A stretch of DNA of 63,927 nucleotides, the filler included, from Octopus bimaculoides (Eukaryota), in the NCBI RefSeq assembly GCF_001194135.2. It is 4 parts of 3 records of this genome, joined end to end, with 100 filler letters (N's around TTAATTAATTAA, not from the genome) between each part and the next. Parts side by side here need not be neighbours in the genome. Positions count along the whole stretch, not along the records: positions 31,474 to 58,624 come from NC_068981.1; positions 58,725 to 60,695 come from NC_068985.1; positions 60,796 to 63,927 come from NC_068985.1; 1 more part is not named here. The stretch is one strand, 5' to 3'. Made by a program: the position numbers and the translations under genes. Below, piece by piece: positions 51,857 to 63,927 of the stretch. The notes under the pieces were generated by a model. It saw only the letters and a list, made by a program, of their open reading frames with translations, did no database searches and was not told the DNA's origin. How positions within the stretch are numbered: position 1 is the first letter of the stretch; each line of letters starts with the position of its first letter.

Positions 51857-52770
51857 AGATGTCGCATAGTATCCAATATCGTGATGTTATTGATTGAAGA
51901 TATTGTGTCTACCGGGGTTCGTACTGTCTGTCAAGTGATAACAAGGGTCTCAGACTGACAGTAATTTACATATGTGTGCAGTTCCTATTTCGTTACTGCC
52001 CATAAGGGGCTACACACAGAGGGGACAAACAAGGACAGACAAACGGATTAAGGCGATTATATCGACTCCAGTGCGTAACTGGTACTTATTTTAATCGACC
52101 CCGAAAGGATGAAAAGCAAAGTCGACCTCGGCGGAATTTGAACTCAGATCGTAGCAACAGACGAAATACCGCTAAGCATTTCGAACGGCGTGCTAACGTT
52201 TCTGCCAGCTCGCCGCCTTATGTGTGCAGTTCCAAGTAACGCCGATTTTTACAATACTCCTAGATTGTAGGGTATTTTTTAAAGTTTCCATTTGTTTCTT
52301 CAGGTTGGGTGGTATTGAGTCTAATGCTCCGATAACATTAGGTACAACCTTTATATTTGACTCTCGTAGCTGCAACATCTTTCAGGATGGGTGCACTATA
52401 GCGGACTACAGCAACAGCCCATATGTTGATGGCAGTCACAAGGTTCCTTGAGTTGTGTTTTGATTTCAAGCGAAATTTGAGGCGTTTGAAATATTCAGTG
52501 ATGACTTTGTCCTTCATTTCTCTGTGAAATATTTTGTCCAGCACCAGGATCCCAAGGTACTTGCACCCATTATCATCCAGGTCTTCCATTCTCTCTCCGT
52601 TTGGCAATTCTATGCCCTTACAATCTGTATTTTTCCTCCGTTTCAAAGTGAGCACTGTTCACTTCGAGATACCGAATTCCATCTCTGTATCTGCTGAACT
52701 TCTATACAGTCTCAAACAGCCTTTCCATTTCAGGATTTGTTGCGAACAGTTTTAAATCATTTCTCAGCTG
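51857..52770 (-). mobile_element. R4/Dong-like LINE, internally deleted, 3' end at (TAA)n, split by a SINE
   Basis: GIELPNGE..CKYLGIL...EYFKRLK..LKSK.NSRNLVTAINIWAVAVVRYSA joined to IKVVPNVIGALDSIP; GTAHI continues after the SINE as GTAHICKLLS. Confidence 0.85.
51986..52218 (-). mobile_element. SINE family B variant with perfect 15-bp TSD
   Basis: tatgtgtgcagttcc at 51971-51985 and 52219-52233. Confidence 0.92.
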
Positions 52771-52910
52771 ATAGTGCGCGTTGCCGAGGTCGACTTTGCT
52801 TTTCATCTTTTCGGGGTCGATAAATTAAGTACCAGTGAAACACTGGGGTCGATGTAATTGAATCAACCCTTCCCCCAAAATGCTTCCTTTTTGGAAAAAT
52901 TTGAAACCAT
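52760..52910 (+). mobile_element. SINE family B, 5'-truncated, tail running into (ATT)n
   Basis: gccgaggtcgactttgcttttcatcttttcggggtcgataaattaagtaccag...tttgaaacc. Confidence 0.85.
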
Positions 52911-52913
52911 TAC

Positions 52914-52960
<47 letters not shown>

Positions 52961-52961
<1 letters not shown>

Positions 52962-53245
52962 GAGTGAGAGAGCAGTGCATGCCATCAAAGTGACACCGGG
53001 GTAAAATATACGAAGCCCGTTATACCCATCATGACTACCCATCTGATAAGGGTACACCAGGCACATGCATCACAACCATATGTGCACGACATGGTGATCT
53101 CATATCAAAATAAACAGCGCATGACCTCGCAGGTGGGGCCCAGTTAGAATTTTCTTCAGGTCGAGTAGCCCATCCCGCTCAAAAGGTCCCTGAAGAAGGT
53201 TTGTTTAAGGATGTTGAGCAAAACACCCATGTTTCCAAAGGTAAG
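52961..53245 (-). mobile_element. 'T element', 5'-truncated copy
   Basis: Near-identical to 34522-34805; abuts (TTA)n at 52911-52960. Confidence 0.85.
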
Positions 53246-56200
53246 GTAATTTTTATATCCCACTTTAGATGGATGTCTTGTTAGAAGACATCCATGGATA
53301 TTCATACTGCTGAATGAATATTTCTTTAAGAAGCCGTGCCATTTCAACAAAATTTCTCGAATAATGGTGAAATATACTACATTAATGGTTTTTCTATATT
53401 GGTTATACGATGCAATACCGATTTTAGATTAAATAATAATTACGTCTTCCTACCATAAGTTTCGAGCAAGGAATAAGATTTCATATAATTAGACGTAAAG
53501 TAACAAAACAAAAACAAACCATCAATCGTTTAAATTGAATGTACTTTATAGAGAAAAAAAAACTGGTTCTAATTTTATTAATTTGAAGATTCTTAATAGC
53601 TTAAAAATAAAAAAATAAAAGCAATGAAACAGTGGCGGAACGGCAGAAACTGTAGATGGTTATAGATTATTTAGTTTCGTCTTTCTATAGTTTTGGTTCC
53701 AGTTTAAGTAGGATCTAATTTGCATTTCAATCCGCTGGAGCAGATATAACATATACCAGCAATACTCTGACGATATTGATTATAATCCTGCTCTGTACAT
53801 TTCTGGCCTTATATTAATGATATAAATCAATATTTTATACATAGTAAATAATAACTGCTTCTGATTTAGATACAAGGAGGGGTCCGCTAAGGTCGATATC
53901 ACTGACACCAGGTACTTTAATTTATCGACTGGTGCTTTAATTTATCGACGAATGGCAAAACTGATCTGGGCGGCATTTGAACACAGAATGTGAGGTGGTG
54001 ATCGAAATGATGCACTGACGATTTTGCCATCTCACCGCCTTTAACATAGCAAATAATAACGAAATATTGTGGTGTGGGTAAAAGCAGTCGAGTAAATGTT
54101 ACATGCCTTATAATATTTCGTTTCATCTCCCTAGGGAATGGATGGGAACACCGTTGTGTCATTTGAAAAATTTGCATCGCAATTACATAGTTTGGGATCC
54201 AGTTACGCTACCCGACAGTTTGGGTTCTACCTTCTATCATTGCCTCAGTTCTATAAAAACCTTGTGAGTGAAATTCGACGGATAGATACTATGTGGAGAC
54301 CCGTCGAAAGATCATTTCTGTTCTTCGGTGGTAGAGTTAATCCATCACCCAGGTTTTTTGGTTTTTGCGTGTCTTTTGCGGAATTCATTATATTGCAAGT
54401 ATCCATTTAGTACAGGCCTTACATTTAAGGATAATTTTCTCGTTTCTTTGTACCAATCTCGGAAGACCTCAAACAGCTAATGACAACTGTTCTTCCTCTT
54501 TTAAGTCATTAAAAATCCCAGAGGTTAGAACTTTGCTTTACACATCTATGGAATCGATAAAATAACTAGTAGTATCGAATTGATTTTGATTCATTCAGTC
54601 AACTATACAAGTCTCTAATAAATGTGTAACCTTGTGCTTATATGAGAAACAATACTTTATAGATACAAAGAGGCGAATTTCGGAAGCGGCGGATCAGCAG
54701 ATGTCAATAGCAAGTAGCATTCGTTTTAAAGTTTCATACTTTTATGTTCTGAATTCAAATTCCACTGGAGTTAATTTTAATTTTCATTTCTCCGACGCTG
54801 ATAAAATAAGTATCAGTCAGCTTTCGCTAAGAATTTATTACATTTTGTCGGCATAAGATATTAGTATTTATTAAATGATAGCAAGGATGCGTAATGGCTG
54901 GCTTTGAACTGGAGAATGAGCAGTTTGCAACTAAAACTAACTAACTTAGGTTGTTATCTGATATGGTATTATATTTTTGTCTCTGGTAAGTTCTAAACAA
55001 GTCTTCCGCCTATAACTATTGCTTTTTATTTTCAGAAATTGTATCCAGGACTATTGTATCCTACATTCCCCTCTTTAAAATTGGCAAAGTGCTCTCTGGG
55101 GCATATGGCCACTATTTCTTACAGGTTGAGCGACAACACCGATGCGTCTCTGTTGGTTTGTAGAAGCTCTATCGTTAGTTTTCTTAAATGTTACATCATA
55201 AGTTCCCGTTGAGGCTCCTTTATCTTAAATGATGCACTTCACTGCAATAGATGTACTTCACTAAAATATAAAATTCATCATAACTTATTTACACAATGAA
55301 AATAAAAATATCTATTATCGTCAACATTTGAAAGACAGCTAAGACAAACGGAGGTAAAGGGGGAAGTTAAAATTATAAAACGTTTCCTTCTTATTACGAT
55401 TCTGAAACTGAATTTTGCACTTTGTAGCTTGTGCAGCTACTCTGTTCTTTAGGAGATCAACCGATTCTATGTATGAATAGATATGCTTTGGAAACCTGGA
55501 CTCATAAATCAGATGTGGAATAATATTCGACCGTCGTTTGTTCTTGATCAAACACGTGCTATAAATTATGTCCTTTGATTATCTCAGTTTGCATAACTAG
55601 GAAATAGTTAACCGAATATCTACAGGTTAAAAGAAATACAGGTTAAAGGAAAAAAAGTTACTAAGAACAACATGCAACAAGAATACAAATGGTTATCGTT
55701 ATTGCTTTTACTTGAAATTTGACATTTTTTTAAAGGTTGAAGCAACGGCGTTTTCTTTTCTTGTGAATAGAACAAACAACTTGGAATATGAATAGGCTTA
55801 CTGCTACAACAAAAGGCTAAAGTCTGTTAGAAGCTTAGTTCGTAACGGATTATTTCCAAAACTTTGGATGGATTTTGTCAAACAGCACTAGCTAGTGATG
55901 TTTAAAGATATCTGGAAGTGTGCAATGTTTTCAAATAAACTTGGGTAATTTCGGTTAATTCTTTGATGCACCGACATGAAGTAAACACATGTAGCAAAAC
56001 CGAGGAAACTAAAACCAAATACGCTAGCTATACAATAAGGAATAAAATAATAAACAAATTCAAACAACATTCAGGGAAATATAGCCGAATTCTTAACAAA
56101 TTTGCTTTAGAATCATAGCGCATCAGGTTCAATCCCACACCAGGATACCTTGGACAAGTTCCTTTTACCAAGCCTTGGATCACTCTAATCTCATAAGTAA

Positions 56201-56390
56201 AATGAACTGACGGAATTTGTGTGGAAGCCCGTTGGATAGTATGTACCGACCTTGCAACAAACACTGCGCCGTGTTGATTGCGTGAAGGGTACAAATGGAA
56301 TATTCAAGCAGTTACACTTTGATTGCAAAAATAGATAGTCGGAACTATTAGAATTACTTATAATCAAAACCGATACAGAATTAATTTCAA

Positions 56391-56442
<52 letters not shown>

Positions 56443-56987
56443 NNNNNNNNNNNNNNNNNNNNNNNNNNNNNNNNNNNNNNNNNNNNNNNNNNNNNNNNNN
56501 NNNNNNNNNNNNNNNNNNNNNNNNNNNNNNNNNNNNNNNNNNNNNNNNNNNNNNNNNNNNNNNNNNNNNNNNNNNNNNNNNNNNNNNNNNNNNNNNNNNN
56601 NNNNNNNNNNNNNNNNNNNNNNNNNNNNNNNNNNNNNNNNNNNNNNNNNNNNNNNNNNNNNNNNNNNNNNNNNNNNNNNNNNNNNNNNNNNNNNNNNNNN
56701 NNNNNNNNNNNNNNNNNNNNNNNNNNNNNNNNNNNNNNNNNNNNNNNNNNNNNNNNNNNNNNNNNNNNNNNNNNNNNNNNNNNNNNNNNNNNNNNNNNNN
56801 NNNNNNNNNNNNNNNNNNNNNNNNNNNNNNNNNNNNNNNNNNNNNNNNNNNNNNNNNNNNNNNNNNNNNNNNNNNNNNNNNNNNNNNNNNNNNNNNNNNN
56901 NNNNNNNNNNNNNNNNNNNNNNNNNNNNNNNNNNNNNNNNNNNNNNNNNNNNNNNNNNNNNNNNNNNNNNNNNNNNNNNNNNNNNNN

Positions 56988-57027
<40 letters not shown>

Positions 57028-57361
57028 TGTATGTATGTATGTATGTATGTATGTATGTATGTACTGTTCAAGGATGGTAAGATCAACAAAAGAAGTGTTC
57101 CATCTGATGAGAGATAAAAATTATTTAATAAACAAAATATATTTTTTGTGTTACTATCAGTTTCATGCACCGAGAGCATGCCAAATAATGTTTTTAACAT
57201 ATCTGGTGTCCCAGCACAATCATCGGGCACTACCCACATGGCATGGCGAACTAAAAATGGGATGATAGGGTGAGTGAAAAAGCAAGACATGTCAAGAAAG
57301 AAGTAGATTACCAATGCGGAACTGGTACTTATTTTAACGACCTCGAAACGATGAAAGGCAG

Positions 57362-57825
57362 GTTTCTGATCTTAACTCATTGGAAGTGTTAGCATGAACA
57401 TATTTTGTGTTAGGTGTAAAAGATGGGTTACAACAAATATTCTGCTCAATACCACAAATTTGCTTGTCAGTTACTTGACCTTAGTCAGTTGAGCATGTCC
57501 CCTAGTGGCTGGCCATATGTGTATCCCCGATCAAGAGCATGTTTAGCTGCGAAGTATCATGGCCATATGCTGAGAGGGATTCTTGGAGTTTGAATAATTT
57601 ACCCCTGGAAACATGGAAGTTTCATTCATCATCCCTAAACCACCCTTATTCAGGGACTTTTTGAGTGTCATGGACTACTTGACTTGGGTCCCAACCAGCA
57701 AGGCTCATATGGTTGTGATGTATGTACCTGGTACACCCTGGTCAGATGGGTAGTTATCATAGGGACACTGGGCTTCAAATATTTATACGTCACTTTTGTG
57801 GCGTGTGCTACTTTCTTACTCACTC

Positions 57826-57826
<1 letters not shown>
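57362..57826 (+). mobile_element. 'T element', older diverged copy
   Basis: Reverse-complement similarity to 34522-35050; ends ctcactc(AAT)n. Confidence 0.75.
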
Positions 57827-57872
<46 letters not shown>

Positions 57873-57873
<1 letters not shown>

Positions 57874-58101
57874 CTTTTCTACTATAGGCACAAGGCATGA
57901 CATTTTGGTGGTGGTGGTGGGGTGGGGGGTTAAGTGGATTACATTGACCCCAGTACTCAACTGGTACTTAATTTATTGACCCCGAAAGGATGGAAGGCAA
58001 AGTCGACCACGGCGGAATTTGAACTCAGAACGTAGTGACAGATGAAATACCGTTAAGCCTTTTGCCAGGCCTGCTAACGATTCTGCCAGCTCGCCACCTT
58101 A
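57873..58101 (-). mobile_element. SINE family B within (AAT)n
   Basis: ttttctactataggcacaag tail to gctcgccacctt head. Confidence 0.88.
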
Positions 58102-58113
58102 ATAATACTAATG

Positions 58114-58147
<34 letters not shown>

Positions 58148-58275
58148 CACTCAGAGAGCGAAAACCGCTGCCAGGGCAACGTCCTCTCAACGATTAGCCG
58201 GAGAAGATTTTTAAAAAGAGAATATCTGACATAAACTCGACTGCTCTTACAAACGAGAATACTAGCGAAGGCGGC

Positions 58276-58341
<66 letters not shown>

Positions 58342-58589
58342 AAGAAGAAGAAGGAGAAGAAGAAGAAGAGCAACAACAACGAAAAACGAAGAGAAAGACA
58401 GAAGTAAAAGAAAAAATAGAAAAAGGGGAATGCGATTGAAAAAGAAAGTGGAGAGTTGTTTACACGGTGTGAAAGAGAAAAGATTTTAGTGGAATTAAAA
58501 TAAATGCAAATGTAGTGACATAGATTAAGATAAATATAAAAATTGAATTTTAAAATCAAATAAATCTGAAAACGAATTAAGGATGCCGA

Positions 58590-58624
<35 letters not shown>

Positions 58625-58724
58625 NNNNNNNNNNNNNNNNNNNNNNNNNNNNNNNNNNNNNNNNNNNNTTAATTAATTAANNNNNNNNNNNNNNNNNNNN
58701 NNNNNNNNNNNNNNNNNNNNNNNN

Positions 58725-58766
<42 letters not shown>

Positions 58767-59543
58767 TATACATAAATGTATGTGTAATAAAAGACGTCAG
58801 TACTGAATTTATACATACATACATACATATATACATACATGTATGTATGTATGAATTCAAAGTGTCATGTAAAAGACAGTACTGACGTCGTTTATTAACA
58901 CATGAAGAGAAAACATCTGAAATTGGACAACAAGACAGTAATGTGTGGTTAACGTCGAACACGGTCATAAAATGAAATCCTTAAAAATATAATTATTGCA
59001 TTAAAACTAGTCACACTCACCAAATTAGTGTTATTGTTGCTCCTTTACTCTTTTTATTTTGTGTTATTCATGTTATTTTATTTATTTAATTATTAATGTA
59101 TTCTTTGATGAAGTTCATTGATTCACCTTTACGCTACATCACCTATTTTTATTTTACTTCTTTTTTTTTATTTATTTATTTGTCCGTCTCTCCGCTACAT
59201 TAACTAACGTCTACCATGAAATAAAGCATTGATTCCCGATCAGAGTACTGAATGTGAAAATGTATTCGAAACCAAATCGCAAGCTCATATACATATATAT
59301 ATATATATATANNNNNNNNNNNNNNNNNNNNNNNNNNNNNNNNNNNNNNNNNNNNNNNNNNNNNNNNNNNNNNNNNNNNNNNNNNNNNNNNNNNNNNNNN
59401 NNNNNNNNNNNNNNNNNNNNNNNNNNNNNNNNNNNNNNNNNNNNNNNNNNNNNNNNNNNNNNNNNNNNNNNNNNNNNNNNNNNNNNNNNNNNNNNNNNNN
59501 NNATATATGTATGTATGTATGTATGTATATATAGAAATATATA

Positions 59544-60309
59544 CTAGCAGAGATACCCGGCGTTGCCCGTGTTACATGCAATTCAAGGAAGTGACTCTCT
59601 TATATTTTGTGTAAGGAACTGGAATACATATGATTCGAATTTCATCAAAATTGCACGAGGGTTCTTTCCCTCTTTACACACCCTAACAAAATTCTAATCA
59701 TGAGACATGTATCCCATACTATTGATCTTTATGCGCATATTCCAAAATTTCAGTCTTCTGGAACCTGTAAAAAGGATATTGATCCTGAAAAATGGGGCTC
59801 ATGGAGCTCTAAAATGTGGGAATGAAGGCCCTTATTCGGGGTGGGGGTGTTAATGTCAACCAGAGAAGTTGAATTGTTGGGAATGTTTTTAACTTGGATC
59901 TTATAGTATGCCTCTATATATGCGAGAGTATAGTTTCACTTTAATAGTTTCAGTATGAAATTGAAAGTATTAAACTGAAAGTATATGAAATTACAGTAGC
60001 GACATGTTATTGTTTCACTTTTGACATGTAATACTGAAATAGTGGAATAGTTTAAGTGTTAAAGTGAAAGTATCTGACATTACAGTAGAGTGATGTTATT
60101 GTTTCACTTTTGACACGTAATACTGAAATAGTGGAGAAGATATGATATTGCTGTGTGCTCGAACAATGCAAGAAGTTAAAAATTATTTTGGCCGAAGACA
60201 CTACATGGACCCTAAGTAAGGCATGTGTTAATTTGGAATGAAATTGATTGTGTAGTTCTCGAGTGTTAGGGATTCACACAGACACACATTCTCATCTTTA
60301 TATATCCGA
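59544..60309 (-). mobile_element. Non-autonomous Helitron
   Basis: 5' a|TC..ATATAAAGATGAGAATGTGTGTC at 60309; 3' hairpin cgggcaacgccggg then CTAG|t at 59544; A/T insertion site, no TSD; internal ~75-bp tandem duplication at about 59970-60135. Confidence 0.8.
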
Positions 60310-60795
60310 TATTCGAAAATTCTAGTGTTATGGACCCTGTAGAAAGGATTTTTCTCCAGAAAAATGGAGCTTTTGGAGCTGAAAAATGTGGGAGTTAAGG
60401 CCCCAATTGGGGGTGGGGGTGTTAATGTCAACCAGAGAAGTTGAATTGTTGGGAATGTTTTTAACTTGGGTCTAATATGTATTGTTTGAATTTCTTTGAA
60501 ATAGGAAATACATGTATGTTCACTGGGTTTGTAAAAGAGAGCAAAGCTACAGGAAACCAAAAGACGAATGATCACGATAATCAGTCAGCTACCCTAGCCT
60601 AGTCGTTACTACTCCCCAATGTAGGATTCCTCACCATACAGGTGACAGGTACAGCTGTAAGATGCATTACGAATCTATAGCAATTGGAAGGGCGTNNNNN
60701 NNNNNNNNNNNNNNNNNNNNNNNNNNNNNNNNNNNNNNNTTAATTAATTAANNNNNNNNNNNNNNNNNNNNNNNNNNNNNNNNNNNNNNNNNNNN

Positions 60796-61245
60796 ATTCC
60801 ACCCATGCCTTCCCCACCTCCCAACACCCTCACATCACATCACACCAACACCCTCACATCACACCACGCACACACTACAACTGACCAACTCCTTTCTCCC
60901 TTCCCTATTTTCACACATACATACGTCAAGATCACCAGCATTCTATCTCCCACACACACAGCCCCACATTCTTCGATCACCGTTCTTTCTCCCCCCTTTG
61001 TTATCTCCCCCTTTCTTAGCTCTCATGTGTATAATTTCTAACTTCCGGTCAGCCATTACTATGATTGACCGTTGACTGAACACTATTCAGTTTTTTTCTC
61101 CGTGTTTTTTCTCCTTGTCTCCGTATTCTTTCTGTTGAAGAGCGTAGCTCGAAACGTTAAAGACTTTCCGTATTCCCGAGCGTCATACTAATACATCCTC
61201 TTGTTGTTTACACCACCTGTCCTTGTCTGTTGTTTTTTCGTACAT
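60796..61245 (+). repeat. A/C-rich PLE-type terminal region carrying a hammerhead motif
   Basis: Composition like 4380-4560(-); HHR at 61127-61163; ends at (TA)n. Confidence 0.55.
61127..61163 (+). ncRNA. Minimal type I hammerhead motif, core variant CUGUUGA
   Basis: TCTTT-CTGTTGA-A-GAGC-GTA-GCTC-GAAA-C-GT-T-AAAGA; perfect 5-bp helix I and 4-bp helix II; palindromic AACGTT. Confidence 0.75.
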
Positions 61246-62219
61246 TCTCCCATATATATATATACATACATACATATTTGTAAACATACTGGTATGCACA
61301 TATGGCTCATATATATTTTAATGTGTATGTTGTATGTATGCGTGTGTGTGAGAATGTGGAAATGCACGCACACACACACACACACACACACATACATAAT
61401 TCATGCGTTCAATTAAAATTGCAGGTTTTAGGAATTCTTAGCGCAGGTCGATTATGAAGATATTTCACTTGGTCTGACCATGCGTTAATCAGGTAATATC
61501 GCACAGGTAGGATGCTGGAGATGATAAAATGAATCTTATATGAAATATTTTCAGATGCGGAACCCAGAGTCGGAAATTACAGAATAGATGATATTTAGAC
61601 ACTCGGAGATATGCACATGCAATATATTTCTTCCACTTCAGTAAAATGTCCATACAGAAATATATCTCTAATTGGAAATACATTTATGCATTTCCAATTT
61701 CTATCGATATAGCCATATGCACATACATATATATCAAGCGAGAGAGAGAGAGAAAGAGATAGAGAAACAAAGAGAGAAATATATATACATGTGTGTGAAA
61801 AATAATTGGGTATATGAGAGTATAGAATGACACACAGAACATAATTTGCAGTATTTTGTATTCAAATCTGCGAAGACTCGACTGTCACGCATTGTATATA
61901 AAGAAAGAATCGTTTAACGAGAATTTTTTTTAACAAAAGCACACGAATAAGGAGAATAACTTACAATAAGATATACATAGTGACCTTGAAGAGTATTGTA
62001 AGGTTAAAGAAGAATTAACTGTCTACGTCTACCTCTGGCGAATAATTATCATATATTTCATGGAATTAACTAGCCACATATAGGCATATCCTACGAGAAT
62101 TTCTATCATTCTCTGTGGGTTTGTCCTGTACATACAAACAATATCTCTCTCTATCTATCTATCTCTCTCTACCTCTCTCTCTCTCTCTGTCTATCTCTCC
62201 CCTCTCTATNNNNNNNNNN

Positions 62220-62269
<50 letters not shown>

Positions 62270-62824
62270 CACACAAACACATTCACACACGCACTCTGAC
62301 GTTTTCTCGCTCTGATATATAAGTTGTTGCCATTGTGAGTATTTTAAAATTTCTCAAGTTTTCTTAAAACTAGTTCACACACACAAACACATACAAAGAC
62401 ACATATCAGTAATAAAGTATTAAAAATGATGAAAACCAACAAAATACAAACCGGTATACAACAGGAAAGACATACATAAAAAAAACAGACCAACTGTTAG
62501 CATTTCATGTTGTGTTTCTATATTTCAGAGCTAAAAGCACTTCGTTGAAAAGGGATTCGTTGAACAGTCTACTCAGCAAGATTCAAGATGTTTGTTCGTT
62601 TTTTTCTTCTTCATAAAATTAGCGATCAGGATTTCCCCCATCTACATAGCATCTGGCTGAAATAACTTGAGCATTAAATTCAGGACAACCAATATAAACC
62701 TCTTATTCCAGACGAAATTTGTTTTTACAACTCCGTTATTCGAATTCACTATAATCGCTCGAACTCCCGTAAAATGTCGATGTCCTCATGTTTCAAATAA
62801 AAGAAGACTAAATTGAAATTAAAC

Positions 62825-62861
<37 letters not shown>

Positions 62862-62871
62862 CATACAAATG

Positions 62872-62929
<58 letters not shown>

Positions 62930-63229
62930 TGTATGTAATACTATATATGTATATATATATATATACGTATAACTTAAAATAATACCTACCCATTGTCATG
63001 GTAGCATTTATTTTTTGTAGTGATTGGCTGCTAGTTTAATAGACGTGAAAAATCATGAGTGTGGATTATTAATATCCGGATATATGAATAAATTTATTCG
63101 GCTTCATTAATCTTGTTTTTGTTTTGTTTTGGCTTTTTTTGTATTTTTTATTATATTCTCTTTGATCAAATTACAGGTAAATGGTTGTAATTGGGATGTA
63201 TTTGTGTTCTCTAAAATTAGTATCAAAAC

Positions 63230-63800
63230 ACAAAATATATGTAAATTGTTAATTCCAACCACCGTTGAGAGCACGTTTCAACGCCGATCAAATGATATTT
63301 TGCTCAAATTGTCGTCACGTTCAAAACATCAAAGTTTTCTTACAAAAAAAAAAACCCAAAAAAAACATAACAAAATTAATGGACTTGTATGGCCATCGCT
63401 GACAAATGATCTTATCCCAGATGTTAAAAACAATACCTCTCAGCAATGTCCGTGCTGAAATTTGCACGACTTTAGTAAGACTTTTACCTACAAAGTTAAG
63501 TACTCAAGAGAAAAGCACGAGTAAGACTCTGGCTTGGCAAACAGGCGGTTGTTATATCGGTAATTTTTCCATAGAGATTTGTCAAAACAAATGGTTCTTT
63601 TACTCCTAGCAGTTGCATGGACGCTCAATCTAATATCCGTCATTTCCCCGTTTAAAATTTCCTTCCAACCAGGATACCAACGAAAGCAACCCTCCTTGCA
63701 AAGCAGGCTTGGTAAAGTTGCCCGTTTAGCTGCCATACGCCCATACCATAGGTCAGCTTGTATTCACTCCCGTGTTACCAGTAATATTATCAATGATCTG
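63230..63800 (+). mobile_element. Decayed Penelope-like C-terminal fragment
   Basis: ILLKLSSRS...KKHNKI, QQCPC, GCYIG, KATLLAKQAW resemble the PLE order VKLSYS..HNKKI / CP / YIG / TxLSKxxW. Confidence 0.45.
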
Positions 63801-63877
63801 ACATAATACGCATCCACATACATATACATACACACACAAACACAAACATACACATACAAACATACGCTTACATATTC

Positions 63878-63927
<50 letters not shown>

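Noticed and set aside
54138-54410. 90-aa ORF MDGNTVVSFEK...
   Set aside because: Overlaps a decayed family A SINE head (ccttgtgagtg...agacccgtcg)
60600-60670. Hairpin tcacc/ggtga plus palindrome tacagctgta resembling a hammerhead
   Set aside because: Both CUGANGA and GAAA are absent
63575-63806. Signal-peptide or TM-like ORF MSKQMVLLLLAVAWTLNLISVISP with good splice sites (GPCR TM4-like)
   Set aside because: It overlaps frames that resemble a decayed PLE C-terminus; a single hydrophobic stretch with no other GPCR motif is insufficient

Overview
Eukaryotic, AT-rich, gap-riddled draft-assembly window with no confidently identifiable host gene. The SINE families and microsatellite profile point to an octopus/coleoid cephalopod intron or intergenic region (inference, no search run). 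Nearly all supplied ORFs are microsatellite or N-gap artefacts. The real content is layered mobile-element debris: about ten Penelope-like (PLE, GIY-YIG) fragments, several R4/Dong-like RLE-type LINE 3' ends stacked in (TAA)n tracts, Tx1/L1-like fragments, four Tc1/mariner relics, a non-autonomous Helitron, at least three tRNA-derived SINE families (some in tandem arrays) and a decayed tRNA-Gln(CTG). The most notable hidden layer is structural RNA. At least four sequence-unrelated families of type I hammerhead ribozyme (HHR) motifs are present. One has an intact core (20399-20438), one family shows helix II pairing kept across divergent copies (251-338, 20787-20873), and one sits in the tail of a tRNA-headed SINE-like element (3350-3650). 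All alignments and foldings were done by eye; element boundaries are approximate unless a TSD or terminus is quoted.
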